64,000 nt of DNA. Origin: Eledone cirrhosa (lineage: Eukaryota). Both the position numbers and the translations under genes were made by a program. Below, piece by piece: positions 10,101 through 22,913 of this stretch. The notes below the pieces were generated by a model. The model searched no databases and was not told the origin of the DNA. It saw only the letters and a list, made by a program, of their open reading frames with translations. Positions within the stretch are counted from its first letter, which is position 1. Each line of letters begins with the position of its first letter. Where the stretch lies: the NCBI GenBank assembly GCA_964016885.1, contig OZ024742.1, forward strand, positions 189,782,001 through 189,846,000, read 5' to 3'.

Positions 10101-10430
10101 GCCTACGACTAGTCTCGCAGAGGCACCTCTCCATCTCACCTCTTGCATGCAGCACACATCCACATGCTTTCTCTCCAGCATCTCCGCTATTTCAGCAGAT
10201 CTACCTCTGAGAGTGCCAACATTAAGTGTTGCAACTCTGAGATGCGACGTCTTCATATTTTGTTGTTCTTATTTGTTGCTGTGCTGATAAGCGTTTTGGC
10301 ATTGATACACTGGTTGGATGCCCTTCCTAACACTAGCGCCACTTTACAGCATGGACTGGGTGCTTTTATTTGTGCCACCAGCACTAGAGAGGATGTCTTA
10401 CTAGACTCAAGGGCCCTCTCTACCCCTCCA
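7156..10430 (-). mobile_element. Near-full-length RTE-clade LINE (family 1), degenerate
   Basis: Single APE endonuclease + RT reading frame in pieces; (GAT)n tail at 7156-7179; 5' UTR with GTTAGGAAGGGCATCC motif at ~10316-10331. Confidence 0.95.
7181..10256 (-). pseudogene. RTE APE endonuclease-reverse transcriptase ORF with several frameshifts/stops
   Basis: MKTSHLRVATLNVGTLRGRS (start), LAGDFNGHVG, SQIDF, NYRGIKL, QFGF, EKAFDRVP, GVHQGSVLSPLLF, LLYADDL, LRWYGHVMR, GRGRPRKTW. Confidence 0.95.
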
Positions 10431-10786
10431 TTTTATAGCATGGTCATTAAAAAAAAAAAAAATAAATAAAAAAACTTATTGACACGACACACACACACTC
10501 ACACACCAACACTCATGCATACAAACCACAAACACACACACGCCACTCACATACCAACACTCATTCATGCATACAAACACACACACCACTCACAAACACA
10601 CATATATATATATATATATTACTGGTAGTACTGATACAAATACAAAATCAAAATCATGTCAACTGTTGACTTTTCCCAGTCCAGTTCAGTTTTTATATAA
10701 TAATAATAATAATTGTTTGCTTTATGCTGGTAATGGTGGTGGTGGTGGTGAATGGTGTCAGTATGGTGATGGTGGTGGTGGTGGTG

Positions 10787-10850
<64 letters not shown>

Positions 10851-11369
10851 ATATATCCATATTTATACATGTTTTTCTGCATATATATGTGTGTGCAGAA
10901 AACAGTGATTGATTACTTACATGTGTTCAATTATAAATTTTAGTTAATTGACTTTGGCATGTAAATTTAAACTCAAAAATTATTTTGATAAAATGCCATT
11001 GTTTTATAAGGGAAATCAAAGTTGGAATTTTTTTTTAATTAGTATTAATAAACTCCCATTAATTAAATGCATGTTTATGTGCTAGAATATTGTGATTGGA
11101 TTCTACAGTATTTGACATTTTTCTTTTTGTATTATATTTTGGTTAAATTAGGAATATATCCAGTTTTAGTCAGCTAAATTTATTTGCACACACATATAAT
11201 TACTCTTCTAAGACACTAAGTCATATCGTTTCTGAAATCAGCTTCATAGTCAGCATTCCACTTAAATCAGCTCAATTTGTCAGACAAATTCTTGATCCAT
11301 TCAAATTCACATTTGGGATTCAGATTTAAATATGCCATATGTGAATCCATATCTAATATCATTATACAT

Positions 11370-11560
11370 AATTGTTTCTGTGTTTGGCACAAGGCCAGTT
11401 GGCTAACTGGGCCCATTACTGGTACTTTATTTTATCAACCTTGTAATGATGAAACTCAAAGCTAAGCTTGGCAGGATTTGAACTCAGAATGTAAAGGGCC
11501 ATAACTATATGCTGAAGAGGCATGTTGTCCAACACGCTACCAATACTGTCAATCCACTGT
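11370..11560 (-). mobile_element. Diverged SINE family B
   Basis: TGGCACAAGGCCAG...TACTGGTACTTTATTTTATC...GGATTTGAACTCAGA. Confidence 0.7.
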
Positions 11561-12499
11561 CCTAATAAACATACATTTACTCTTAGCAATAAACAGTGTG
11601 ATTAAGAAAAAGACATATTCACCTATATGTAATATGTAATAAATACATCTATATATCTAACCTTCATGTGAGTAATTTAAACTGTGATCATGTCACAACT
11701 ACCTCAGGAAAAGAGTAGGGGCTTTGAATGCATGCATTTCACTGTCATTACAGTTTGTCAGCACTCATTTACACACAGATGCTGAAAGTATGAAAGACAA
11801 TATCATCTTATAAATTTTTGCGAACAAACTATTCATATTAAGGCTATTTTGCATATAGTTCAAGCAGAATTGACTTTTATTAATAAGCAATTTCACTAAC
11901 ACAGAGTGACTCAGGTAGATAAAGGAAGATATGAACACATGTGCAATATGTTTACATATCATAAAAATACATTGATATAGCTGTGAGTATCTTAAGCTAT
12001 GATTGTATCACTGTTACCTCATCTTTAAAGTAACATATGTTTATTTTACAGATACATATTATATGTGGCTTCATATATACCTTTATGCTAAAACAATCAC
12101 CAAAACCTACATTTTCTTGACATTTACAACACTAAGAAAATAAATATTTAATTTCTGGTCTGAGTTCCTTAACAGAATGTGACTGCTTATCTAAACAAAT
12201 CATTTCCTTTTCTCATGATAGCCAAGTACTGTTCCTCAGTGTTCTCTTTTTGTGGCAGTGCATTTTAACTGGATGTCCTTCCTGTTACTAATTCTTTCAG
12301 TTGTCTCATACATGGATATGATGCACATTATTGTAAAGCCAGGGTATACACAGTATGCAGAATGGTGCATAGACTATTCTAATAATGTCATGCAGGACAT
12401 ATATTAATTATGGCAGGATTTGCATAAATACCACAAAGCATTTTATCCAATGCTCAAATGATGCTACTAGTCCATCATTCTTAACCTTATTAATTATAG

Positions 12500-12726
12500 T
12501 ATAAATGTGATGTGTATGGCTGGTGGATGCTGGGTAAAAATGTACTGTGATATGCTTGGGAGATGCTACAGTATAGGGTGGCAAAGAAAAACCTGAGGAC
12601 AGGTGGTTTGAACTAATCTCAAAATGCTGAACGAAGACACACTATATGTAGATGGTATCTGTGCTGGAAAGGATATATCCAATCTATACAAGCATGGAAG
12701 AACAGATACAAGATGATGATGATGAT
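12500..12726 (+). mobile_element. Old RTE 3' relic with (GAT)n tail
   Basis: AAGAAAAACCTG...CAAGCATGGAAGAACAGA followed by (GAT)n, resembling the RTE 3' ends in this window. Confidence 0.5.
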
Positions 12727-13619
12727 AAATTATTTGATAATTAAGTGAATTTAAAAAAGCATATTTTAGTTGTGCAAATTAAGATTTGAGGTTGACAATC
12801 AAAAACTCACAACTGCTGAATATTAAATATTAATGCATTGGCTTTTCATCAAGCAAAAGTAACTTTTTTATTTGCAATTTTCCTGAGAAAATATTATTTT
12901 CCTTTCACTCTCCTCTCTCTCTTTCTATATCTCTTTCTCTCTCTCGCTTCCCTTTTTTACTCTGCCTCTCTCTCTCTCTTTCTCTCCCTCTCTCCCTCTC
13001 TCCCTCTCTCCTGCATGTGTGCAGTTTTTTTCACTCTTTCCACAAGTACATATTCCTTTAAGATCCATAACTACTTACAGTTAATTTGTATTTCATCTCA
13101 ACTCTTCAGTTAAAAATGTCTCAAGTAAAATTATAGACTGTGTCTAGAGTAATATATCTTAATTTAGTAACATACCTTTATACGTAATTATTATCTAACA
13201 TTAAATATAGAAAAACTCGAAATAGTAACCTACCAATATCAACTTCTATGAGACATTATTTTATCTTAAGAAATACATATTGAGTGTGTTATTAATTAAA
13301 GGAAATTTATGATTTATATTTCCATGTGAATTGAAAAACACTTGAAAAGAGACATATGTTTCATCTTTTATATAAAACGTGTATTTTTTTTACTATATAA
13401 AGTGGATGAAAGGTTTTGTTTTGAAATGTTCATAGCATATCCTTTTGAACTTTATCCTTTACCTATTCTACCATGTTTGAACTTGAACTTAAAAAACAGC
13501 CCAAATCGTTTTCCCAAAGTATAATTTTATTTTAAATATTTTGTTTGAACATAGCTATGAAAAAATATTAGTTTAAAGATAACCGCTTCTAGTTGAATAA
13601 ATCAGCATATGTATGTGTC

Positions 13620-13706
<87 letters not shown>

Positions 13707-14441
13707 ATATGTATATATTATATATATATATATATATCTATATATATATATATATGTATATATACAAAGCTAGTCAAAGAAGAATCAATACAGCCTCAGT
13801 AATTTTCTTACTCTCTCAATGATATAATTAAATTTGTATTGTTGAAAATACAAACCTATATATATATATATATCAATGTGCACTGGAATGAATGGTATCA
13901 GCAATAATGTACCAAAACCATAGTGATTTCCAGAGGTTGACTGAGAAAATGAGGCTGTCTCTCTTCCTATTGTATTTTTCCATTGCCTTTGTCCTGTGCA
14001 CCCCCTATTTTGAATATATATATTCAAACTACTGCAGGATGAATTTTCAGAAAATATACTGGTTTTATGTCTACCTGTTCATACTTTTGTAGTGCTGACT
14101 AATTAGAGTGAGCAATTCAGTCTCAGAATACAAAGCGATGGAATATATACTGAAAATATTTTTTTTCAATGTTCTAACTATTCTGCTGGATTCCCTGGAT
14201 TCGTATTTTAGTCATTCTCAAAAAATATGAAAAGCAAAGTTTTGACGGACTTTTGTGAAATTTGAAATCAGAGTGTAATATGAAGGAATAAATTCCACAA
14301 ATCAATTGGTGTGCATATATATATAACAGAGTTTTGTAGCTTGCTTGAAGCATTGTTTAATAGGAAACACAAATTTAAATGTTGAAGACCAACACAGTGT
14401 GTATGGAGAATGTTAAATTGTCAAGATAACAAAATCTTGCC

Positions 14442-14645
14442 TTAGCAAATTTAACGATCCCAAATATTTTTCGATTTAAAAGCCCATTATCAAGAGACTT
14501 GAAATCGATTGGATAGGCTTGTTTTCATTTAAATCTGCTCCCATACAAACAAGTGTATTCGATCGATTTTAAGTCTCTTATAGGGTCACGCCCTTGATAA
14601 TGGGTTTTTAAACCTGAAAATATTTTGGATCGTTAAATTTGCTAA
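14442..14645. mobile_element. Diverged fold-back element with hammerhead motif; tails at 14325-14441 and 14646-14710
   Basis: TTAGCAAATTTAACGATCC... / ...GGATCGTTAAATTTGCTAA; inner arms AAGAGACTTGAAATCGAT / ATCGATTTTAAGTCTCTT. Confidence 0.8.
14591..14628 (+). ncRNA. Minimal hammerhead motif (U3-A8 variant)
   Basis: CCC-TTGATAA-TG-GGTTT-TT-AAACC-T-GAAA-ATAT-TT-TGG; the left arm has GGG at the stem I 3' strand. Confidence 0.65.
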
Positions 14646-14969
14646 TATTACATCAAAGTTGACTATACAGAATGACCAGTTCTATCCAGTGGTGAACCAA
14701 CAAACCTAAATATATATATATATATATATATATCTATTTCCCATTCTACTACCCTAAGTATTGAGTACTCTGGTGCGTTATGGTCCATCTGGTTCCTTAC
14801 CACAATTCCTTCATTATATATATATATATATATGAGTTTCAGATGATCCCACTTAGAGTGAAAGCCAAAATTATTTGCTTAATCTTTTAAACTGTCCTAA
14901 TTATGTATATATAGAGAGAGGGGGAGAGAGAAAGAGAGAGGGGGGCGGAGAATGAGAGAGAGAGAGATC

Positions 14970-15575
14970 CAGTTCCTCACATATCCATGTATCTGAAAAC
15001 TTGGACACAATACATGTTGTATCCTAAAGTCATTCAGGGTTTCAGCTCTTACAACATTCATCCTCAACCACCAATGAGACCTGACTGTGCCCAAATGGTA
15101 TATACACTAATGACTCCACTGGTCATAGCCATGTAAATGCTGACTCTGCTGCTTTCCACTCTTCCATTTCTGTGCTTCCTCTATCTTCTTCCCCTAAACA
15201 ACAGTTAGTTACCACTACAAGAATGTGGTGTTTTGTCACCTCTGTATAGTCTCAACATGAACTGAATGATATATATGATGGAATTTTAGCCACTCTCCTA
15301 GGTCAACTTTTATCACCCAGTCTTGTGCTGTGGTGAGTAAACCAGTCAAACAGTTCTTGAGTCTTCTCATCAGTCATTAAGCCTGCTTAAACAGAAACTT
15401 TCTAGCTGAAACATGTGTGCCTAATGTTTCTAATCTTCTTGCTGATTGCTTCAGTGAGGATTTTGAGAACTTGATCTTGTCTCCAGTGATAGTGCCTCTC
15501 ACCCAGTGCTTTGAAGAATCTATTGAACATACACACAAGGGTTATTCTTTGAAACACAGGAGACATGTTGGTGTT
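14970..15575 (-). mobile_element. Degenerate HERO-like (R2-group, restriction-like endonuclease) non-LTR retrotransposon 3' fragment
   Basis: KALGERHYHWRQDQVLKILTEAI resembles the HERO-type KAL.EGRY.WRHDQVLK motif; downstream sequence resembles a decayed endonuclease domain and 3' UTR. Confidence 0.65.
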
Positions 15576-15660
15576 TGTTTTATATACATATGTGTGATGT
15601 GAGTGTGTGTGTGCACATATATGTATATGCACACATACACACACACAAATATATTTGTAT

Positions 15661-15751
<91 letters not shown>

Positions 15752-15783
15752 CAAATATATTTGTGTGTGTGTATGTGTGTGTA

Positions 15784-15823
<40 letters not shown>

Positions 15824-15829
15824 TTATCA

Positions 15830-16340
15830 TTATCATCCTTTAACATTCATTTTTCTACACTAGTATGGGTTAGATGAGTAGATGAGTTGTCCCATTGTGA
15901 GGCATGTCATATCAGATAACTGTATCTTGCTCTTACAGAACTACTTCTGGTTTGGTTTCTATGACTGGATGTCCTTCTTAATGCCAACTACATTTACAGT
16001 GTGGACTCGGTGCTTTTTATCATGGCACCAACACAACCACTTTACAGTGTGGACTGGAAACTTTTCGTCATGTCACCAATATGACCACCTTATAGGGCAG
16101 ATTTGGTGCTTATTTGTCATGCCACCAGCACACCCACCCTGCAAAGATACCTGAGTGCTCTTTGGTTATGTTTCCTTATAGGGAGAACTAGATGCTCTTT
16201 TGTCATGGTACCAACATGAGCACCTTATGGTGAATAGGGGCCTTTGTTGTGCCACCAATATGACGACCTTTCAGGATGGACTGAGAGCTTTTAGCCATTT
16301 CAGCAGCATTGTTGAGAGCATGTTCAGCTTTCCATGCTTG
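15830..16340 (-). mobile_element. RTE-related non-autonomous element with an internal ~48-bp tandem array
   Basis: RTE tail (TTTAACATTCATTTTTCTACACTAGTATGGGTTAGA), GGATGTCCTTCTTAATGCC motif, then about 6-7 diverged ACCACTTTACAGTGTGGACTGG...GTCATG.CACCA units. Confidence 0.7.
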
Positions 16341-16710
16341 TATTCATGAGTTAGTCAAGAGCTGTGCATCAGATGTGGAAAGAGGGGTAGGATAGGGGTG
16401 TATGTAGGGTGGAGATTGGCAATTTTGGCCTAGGGTGGGGTTGGGGTGGGATGGCGTTGGGTGGTGTAAGTAGGGTGTGGATTGGTGAGGTAGATCTAGG
16501 GTGGGGTACTTAGCTGGTGAAGGGTAGAGTATTAAAACATGGGAGGCATATGGAAGGGGGAGAAGTGGTGCATACTAGTGCATACTAGAGGCCACTAGAT
16601 TTTATTTCCTCCCATGCACATGGGAAGGTAGGTCTTTAGTAGTTCTAGTCCTGTAGAAGCCATTTCTATATTAAATTTGATACATATATAAATAAATATG
16701 TATATATATA

Positions 16711-17788
16711 TAAGAACATAGATTTTACATGTGGCCGGTGTTCTGGGACAATAAGTAGCAGCAAGTGCCCACAAAATACTAGCTCTTTCAACTGCGCAGA
16801 GGGTTCTATAGAAATAGTGGACAGCTTCCGTTACCTGGGTGACAAAATCAGCAGTGGGGGAGGGTGCTCTGAAAGTACAGTAGCTAGAGTCAGAACTGGG
16901 TGGAAAAAGTTCAGAGAGCTTATACCACTATTAGCCGCTAAAGGGTTCTCCCTAAAAATGAAAGGCAGGCTGTACGATGCCTGCATACGAACAGCAATGT
17001 TGCACGGCAGTGAGACCTGGGCATTGTGTGCAGAGGATATACGCAGACTAGAGAGGAACGAAGCTTGCATGCTCCGCTGGATGTGTAATAGTAATATACG
17101 TGAACGACAAAGCATAAACGAACTAAGGAAAAAATTAGAAATAAGAGGGATCAGATGTTGTTTACTAGACAGAAGGCTACGTTGGTATGGTCATGTGATG
17201 CGCATGAAGGACGATAGCTGTATAACAAAGTGCAGGGCAATAAAGATAGACGGTAGCCACGGAATAGGCAGACCCAGAAAAACCTGGGACGAGCTGATAA
17301 ACTCCGACCTCACACACTTACACCTCACCAAGACAATGTCACTGGACCGAGACCTTGGGCGGTACTCAGTAATAGAGAAGACCCGCCTTACCTAAATACA
17401 AAGTAAAACCTACTACAGTCAGTAGGCATCTCTAACAAAATACACCCCGTCCCACCACCCCCACCCCATCCACACCGCCCCCTTCTATGTAAAGTTATGT
17501 CGGTGCCACACCATCCAGGCCGAAACAAATGAGATTGTGTAGGTGTCACGACAAAAAAACACACAGTCCACGCTGTAATGTGGCCGTGTAGGCAACACGG
17601 TAAAAACCTCCCAGACCCACACTGTAAATGTAGTTGGTGTTAGGAAGGGCATCCAACTGTAGAAAACCTGCCAGACAGTCCTATGCGAGCAAGACAATCA
17701 CTCTTGCCTCAAGTGGGAAAACCCCTGTCCAAACCCATGCAAGCGTGGAACACGGACGTTAAACGTTGATGATGATGATGATGATGAT
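16711..17788 (+). mobile_element. 5'-truncated RTE LINE (family 2); ORF C-terminus 16817-17395
   Basis: DSFRYLGD..., LHGSETW, LRWYGHVMR, GRPRKTW; highly similar to 36954-38025; (GAT)n tail. Confidence 0.95.
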
Positions 17789-17794
17789 ATATAT

Positions 17795-17905
17795 ATTAAA
17801 ATATTCATTTTAATAAATATTTGCTCTATGGTCTTTATAAATTTTTATATATATATTATCCTTATCAAGCCCACTTCAGATTTTAGTCTTCACATTTATT
17901 ATTAT
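17795..17905. repeat. Tail fragment of the 48388-48606 fold-back family
   Basis: Reverse complement matches TGAAGACTAAAATCT.AAG.GGGCT.GATAAGGATAA...TAGA.CAAATATTTATTAAAAT at 48392-48477. Confidence 0.7.
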
Positions 17906-17947
17906 TATATGTATATATATATAATATTATATGTATATATATATAAA

Positions 17948-18134
17948 GGGCGATGAATTGGCAGTATCGGTAGAGTGTCGGACATGCTTTCCAGCATAGT
18001 TATGTCCCTTTACGATCTGAGTTCAAATCCCGCCGATGCTAACTTTGCCTTTCATCCTTACGGGGTCGATAAAATAAAGTACCAGTAATATACTGGGATA
18101 ATTGCTGGCCTTGTGCCAAAAGTAGAAACAATTA
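17948..18134 (+). mobile_element. tRNA-derived SINE family B (Meta-like central domain)
   Basis: TGGCAGTATCGGTAGAG head; GAGTTCAAATCCC box B; CTTTGCCTTTCATCCTTACGGGGTCGATAAAATAAAGTACCAGT; at least 6 near-identical copies in the window. Confidence 0.85.
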
Positions 18135-18205
18135 TATGTATATATATATTTCATATTATTAAGAAATAGATTCACTAAATCACTGACTGAATATATATAT
18201 ATATG

Positions 18206-18248
<43 letters not shown>

Positions 18249-19551
18249 TTGTGTGTGTGTATGCATTCGTATACAGAGAGAGGTAGAGAGAGATCAGGTA
18301 ATGAATCTATTTCACTATATCATGTTTACATCTTATTTCACATCTTTTTTATGAACTATAATTCCTTAACTGCTTTATAATTCATTGTTGCCTACAGAAA
18401 TATCTTCTCGCTTCACTGCTTCCCTTTTCAATCATATTTCATTTTTAAAAAAATCTTTTATCGAATTTCCATTTATATTTTCATGACACTGGTTATCTTG
18501 AGCTTTCAGTATAAATGTTTCCATTTGATCCTTTACTAAATTAAATAAATCATCTCTTTATTCTGTGTTATTTTTCTCATGTTGTCTTATAGTTTCAACA
18601 TTTAAGTAATATTTAACTCTCAGGAGATTGTGATATTTTTCTCTCATTTCATCTTATGTGATATGTTTTTGTCTAACGTCTTTGATACCAAACTCCCTGA
18701 AGCCATACCTGGTTTTACAATACAAACTTGTTCATTTTAAAGTGTTTATATCTATTCAAAATCCTCCCATCATAATTTTATGCAAGAATGCTTGTTAATT
18801 TCTTCTCCAAACATTATCTTCATAATGAGAAATTTAATTATATTATTAAATCCTTTCAAATTCCTGATTATTTTTTAAATTATATGAAAATCTTAGGCAG
18901 CGCCTTTCATTAGTGATATGGTAATGAAAGAGTTATTAATATTTCTTTCACCCCATATAAAGAAATGATTATTATCATAATAGTACTTTATTCAATATAA
19001 ATAGTGAGTTTGAGTCAGAGTTATTATTTTAACATCTATTTTTCCATGTTTGTACAGGCTAAAGAAATCCCATAGTTTATCCATTAAACAATTGAGAGTG
19101 CAAAACTCTTCCCTGAATAGGGCAAACACCCAGCTACTGCTGGTACTCTTTTTCAGCTGAGTAAACTGGAGCAATGGGAAATAAAGTGCCTTGGTTGAGA
19201 ACATAATGAAACTGGAGCAATGGGAAATAAAGTCCATTGGTTAAGGACACAATGCATTAGCTAGTATGAGAATCAAAACCACAACCTTATGATTGTGAGC
19301 TCATACTCTAACTACTAGGTCATCTATCTTCATGCTCAAAATAGTAACTCTAAAAAATTACACTTTCAGTTTCCTTTCTGCAAACAAGAGTATTTGATAT
19401 CATCTGGTTTTGTTCCATTTGTTTTGTAATTCACTCTCCTAAACACTTTCGAATGTTATCAGTACACATGTCAACCTCTTACTTATCGATTTTATAATAT
19501 GTTCATCTTATTGGCATATATTATGAAGCCTAGAAGTGTCTAGTGAACACA

Positions 19552-19880
19552 GCATGGCCAAATGGGTAAAAAGTTTACTTTGCAATAAGTAGGTCCCATG
19601 GTCACTCCTACTGCAGGACATCTTGGGCAAGTATCAACGAGGTTGATCCAAACTCTGTAAATAAAATTGGTTTGATGAAAACAGTTTAGAAATCTGTCAG
19701 ATGGATGGTACTTATAATTCTAAGAGCCAGCCTTGTCACTGTGTGACCTTAAATCTCCCTGAGAATTACATTAAAGGTACACGTGTCTGTGGAATCCTCA
19801 GCCACTTACAAATTAATTTCATGAGCAAGCTCTTCCATTGATTAAACAACTGGAACACTCATTGTTTAAATCAATGAAAG
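19552..19880 (+). mobile_element. Old tRNA/CORE-type SINE (family C)
   Basis: Decayed head; TTGGGCAAGT; body (CCAGCCTTGTCAC...TGTCTGTGGAATCCTCAGCCACTT) shared with 22425-22738, 57440-57690 and 63330-63560. Confidence 0.55.
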
Positions 19881-19974
19881 TTCATTCCATTCTTTTCATA
19901 GTGTCTATGAGGTATTACACCAAATTTAATTGTGTGGTAAGACCACAGGTAATGTAAATTTAACTAAAACTTAA

Positions 19975-20409
19975 CCATTTCATTACCAAACCACCTCAAA
20001 CTGCTCCAGTTTCTGTAATACAAATATGTTTGTGTTAACATGTTTCTATTCATCTAAAAGAATTCGATCATAATTTTATTTAAGAGCCTGTATTAAGAAA
20101 AGTTCTAAATGCATGCTTAATAATGAGAAATTTAGTTGTATTTGGCAGTATCGGTAGAGGGTCAGACACCATGCTTTCTAGCATAGTTACGTCCCTTTAC
20201 GATCTGAGTTCCAATCCTGCCGAGGTTGACTTTGCCTTTCATCCTTACGGGGTCGATAAAATAAAGTACCAGTAATGCACTGGGATAATTGATGGCCTTG
20301 TGCCAAAAGTAGAAACAATTATTACTTTTTTACACATTCTTGCTTATTTTCAATAATTATTTGAAAACGATATGCAGTGTACTTTATTAGAAATATAATA
20401 ATGGATAGG
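19975..20409. mobile_element. TTAA-flanked MITE (diverged) with nested SINE B
   Basis: TTAA-CCATTTCATTACCAAA ... ATGGATAGG-TTAA; body similar to 20802-21045. Confidence 0.6.
20142..20322 (+). mobile_element. SINE family B
   Basis: Near-identical to 17948-18134. Confidence 0.85.
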
Positions 20410-20801
20410 TTAATAAAATTGTGGATAAATAAATGAATATATAGATAAGTGAATAGTAAAACAATGAAAAGAGAAAAAGATTAGTATAGAAAGTACATAT
20501 ATGTCAGAAAATTTGTATAATAGATTTTTGACAATTTATTAATACTATAATATACTCTAGAATAAACCTATGGATTTTAGCTGCCATTACATGAGTTAAC
20601 TAATTGAGATTAATTAGATATATTGGACAGTCATAAAGACTATCTTATTGTTTATATAACTTCATTGCAAATAGAAAGAAGTGATTGGCTAGACTATAGT
20701 TTCAAATGTCATTATATTTTCATCAGCAACTGTGTAACATACTTTATACTAATCACAGTGAAGTTGTATTTAAAGACACTATCTCTAAGTACTTTTATTA
20801 A

Positions 20802-21045
20802 CCCTTTCAATACTAAACAGCCTGAAACTACTCCTGGTTCCATGATACAAAACTATTTGTTTTAAAGTATTTATGTTTATCTAATAGCCTTCAATCATAA
20901 TTTTATATAAGATTCTATGTTGATTTATGTTCCAAACACCAGATTAATAATGAGAGAATTAGATATATTACCAAATTCCTCCAAATTCTTGAATATTTGA
21001 CAATTGCAGGCAGCATCTTTTATTAGAAATAAAATAATGAAAGGG
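20802..21045. mobile_element. piggyBac-like MITE (TTAA TSD, CCCTTTCA...TGAAAGGG termini)
   Basis: TTAA|CCCTTTCAATAC ... ATGAAAGGG|TTAA; relatives at ~18735-18935, 24040-24480 and 24626-24858. Confidence 0.75.
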
Positions 21046-22024
21046 TTAAATGCGTACAAGAAAATGCAAGGAAATGCTTTTACTTCATAAAATGGGGGAT
21101 ATTTAGTAGTTTCTTGAATGATCTCAACAGTAAATATGAAATTGAAGTTTATTTTTCTGTATGGATCCCAGATTATACAATAAAGACCAAATACAGCCAC
21201 AATTTGTATATTAGTATATAAAAAGCAATATATATTTGAAAAGAATGAAAAACAATTTAATAAAACATGGGAGGAGAAGACCTGCACACTTAATCACATG
21301 CCATAACAAAGGGCACTGTATTTGTTCTCTAATGATTTTTTAAACAAGCCAGCAAACTCATAGCATTACCATGGTGAAGGTGAAGGTGCTGGAATTATCA
21401 AGCACCCTCACGGGCATCACCCTTCAGTATGGGGAGCTGACAACAATGACTAAAGACTCACTGTCAGCATTTTAGTTCCTCTGTTTATTTATCGTACATT
21501 TAAACACAATTTCTATAATGAACATGATTTACTGAACACAATTTATATAATAAACATGATTTACAAAAGAAACAAATCAATAAAAATTAGCCATGAAAAG
21601 GTGAAGATATACAAACTCAGTTTCACACTACAACAAAGAATGATAATGGTTCTCTCTATAAATGCTTGATGCAAGCTAAAACAGTCACAGCATTGCTACA
21701 GGTTGTAATAGCATTAGAATAGCCAAGCACCTTCACCAGGATCACAACCTGATACATCAGTAAGGGAAGCTGAAAACAATGATAAAAACGTCATTGTAGA
21801 TGGCCCAGTGAAAAGTGTAATTTCAATTGATTTAAATAAAAAGAATAAAGTGGTTTATTGTCCATGTAATCACTTACCCAAAGGTTATTATGTTTTAGGA
21901 CATTTTTTTGTGGTAATTTCAAATGTTTTTTTGTAAATACATATTCTAGTGATTTCATTTTTAAAATTTTATTTTATTTGTCAATATTCAAAAAGTCAAC
22001 ATATCTTCACTTGTATTTCTTAAT

Positions 22025-22119
<95 letters not shown>

Positions 22120-22424
22120 ACCTTTTTTATAAATGTTTCATTCAAAAGATCTTCCAAATTTAATAGACTTAGTTGATATTGTTATATTTTTAAACTTTTA
22201 TTTTGTAAAAAACATGCGTTCAGTTCATTTTATTTTATTTGTTAAATGATCCACCTTGTATTTTTTACTCTCAACATTTTTATTATTATTATTTCAATAT
22301 CCTTTTTGATGTTTTCTTTTTATTTTATTTTACTTGGTTTGTTCCTTCTTCATATCACATCATTGCAAATGATATTTCAAATTAAATAACAATTAACAAA
22401 ATCTTTCAAAATATATGTGTTGCA

Positions 22425-22738
22425 CCTCTGTCAATTCCAACGATGAGGCTTCTAGTTGGTTTGATCACTGGTACAACCTGCTTGTGAAATTAACATGCAA
22501 GTGGTTGAATATTCCACAGAATTATGCACCCTTAACATCTTTCTGAGGGAGCTTCAGAGTGACACAATGTGTGATATGGCTGACCCTTTGATCTGCATGT
22601 GCAACTCATCTTTGCCAGCTGGGTGGGCTGGAGCAATGTGAAAAAAAGTGTCTTGCTCAAGGACATATTGGGCTGCCAAGAACGGAACTCATGACCTTAT
22701 GATTGTGAGCCAAACACCCTAACCACTAAGCCACAAAC
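22425..22738 (-). mobile_element. tRNA/CORE-type SINE (family C)
   Basis: CCCTAACCACTAAGCCAC (head, reverse complement); AAAGTGTCTTGCTCAAGGAC (CORE-like). Confidence 0.7.
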
Positions 22739-22913
22739 ATTTACTAAAAAGTACATATAAGACTTGAAAAGCAAAACATTGGTTATTACCAAGTCAAATT
22801 GTCTCTAGAAAACCAAAAAAAAAAAAAAAAAATGTCATGGTGAGAAGCTTATAGCGATTCCATTTTCATTTAGTGTAAGATTTTCATTGTGTGATTAACA
22901 CTTTCCCTTCCAG

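Noticed and set aside
7209-10469. Plus-strand ORFs overlapping the RTE LINEs (also 37619-40618 and 16831-17115)
   Set aside because: They are antisense shadows of the RT ORF with no independent motifs.
15985-16310. Regularly spaced repeats superficially like a CRISPR array (also 63815-63985)
   Set aside because: Whole units are homologous with no unique spacers, the context is eukaryotic, and no cas genes are present.
21399-21800. Diverged direct repeat (CAAGCACC.TCAC...AGCTGA.AACAATGA) about 325 bp apart
   Set aside because: Real but short and old, with no LTR hallmarks, ORF or other interpretable signal.
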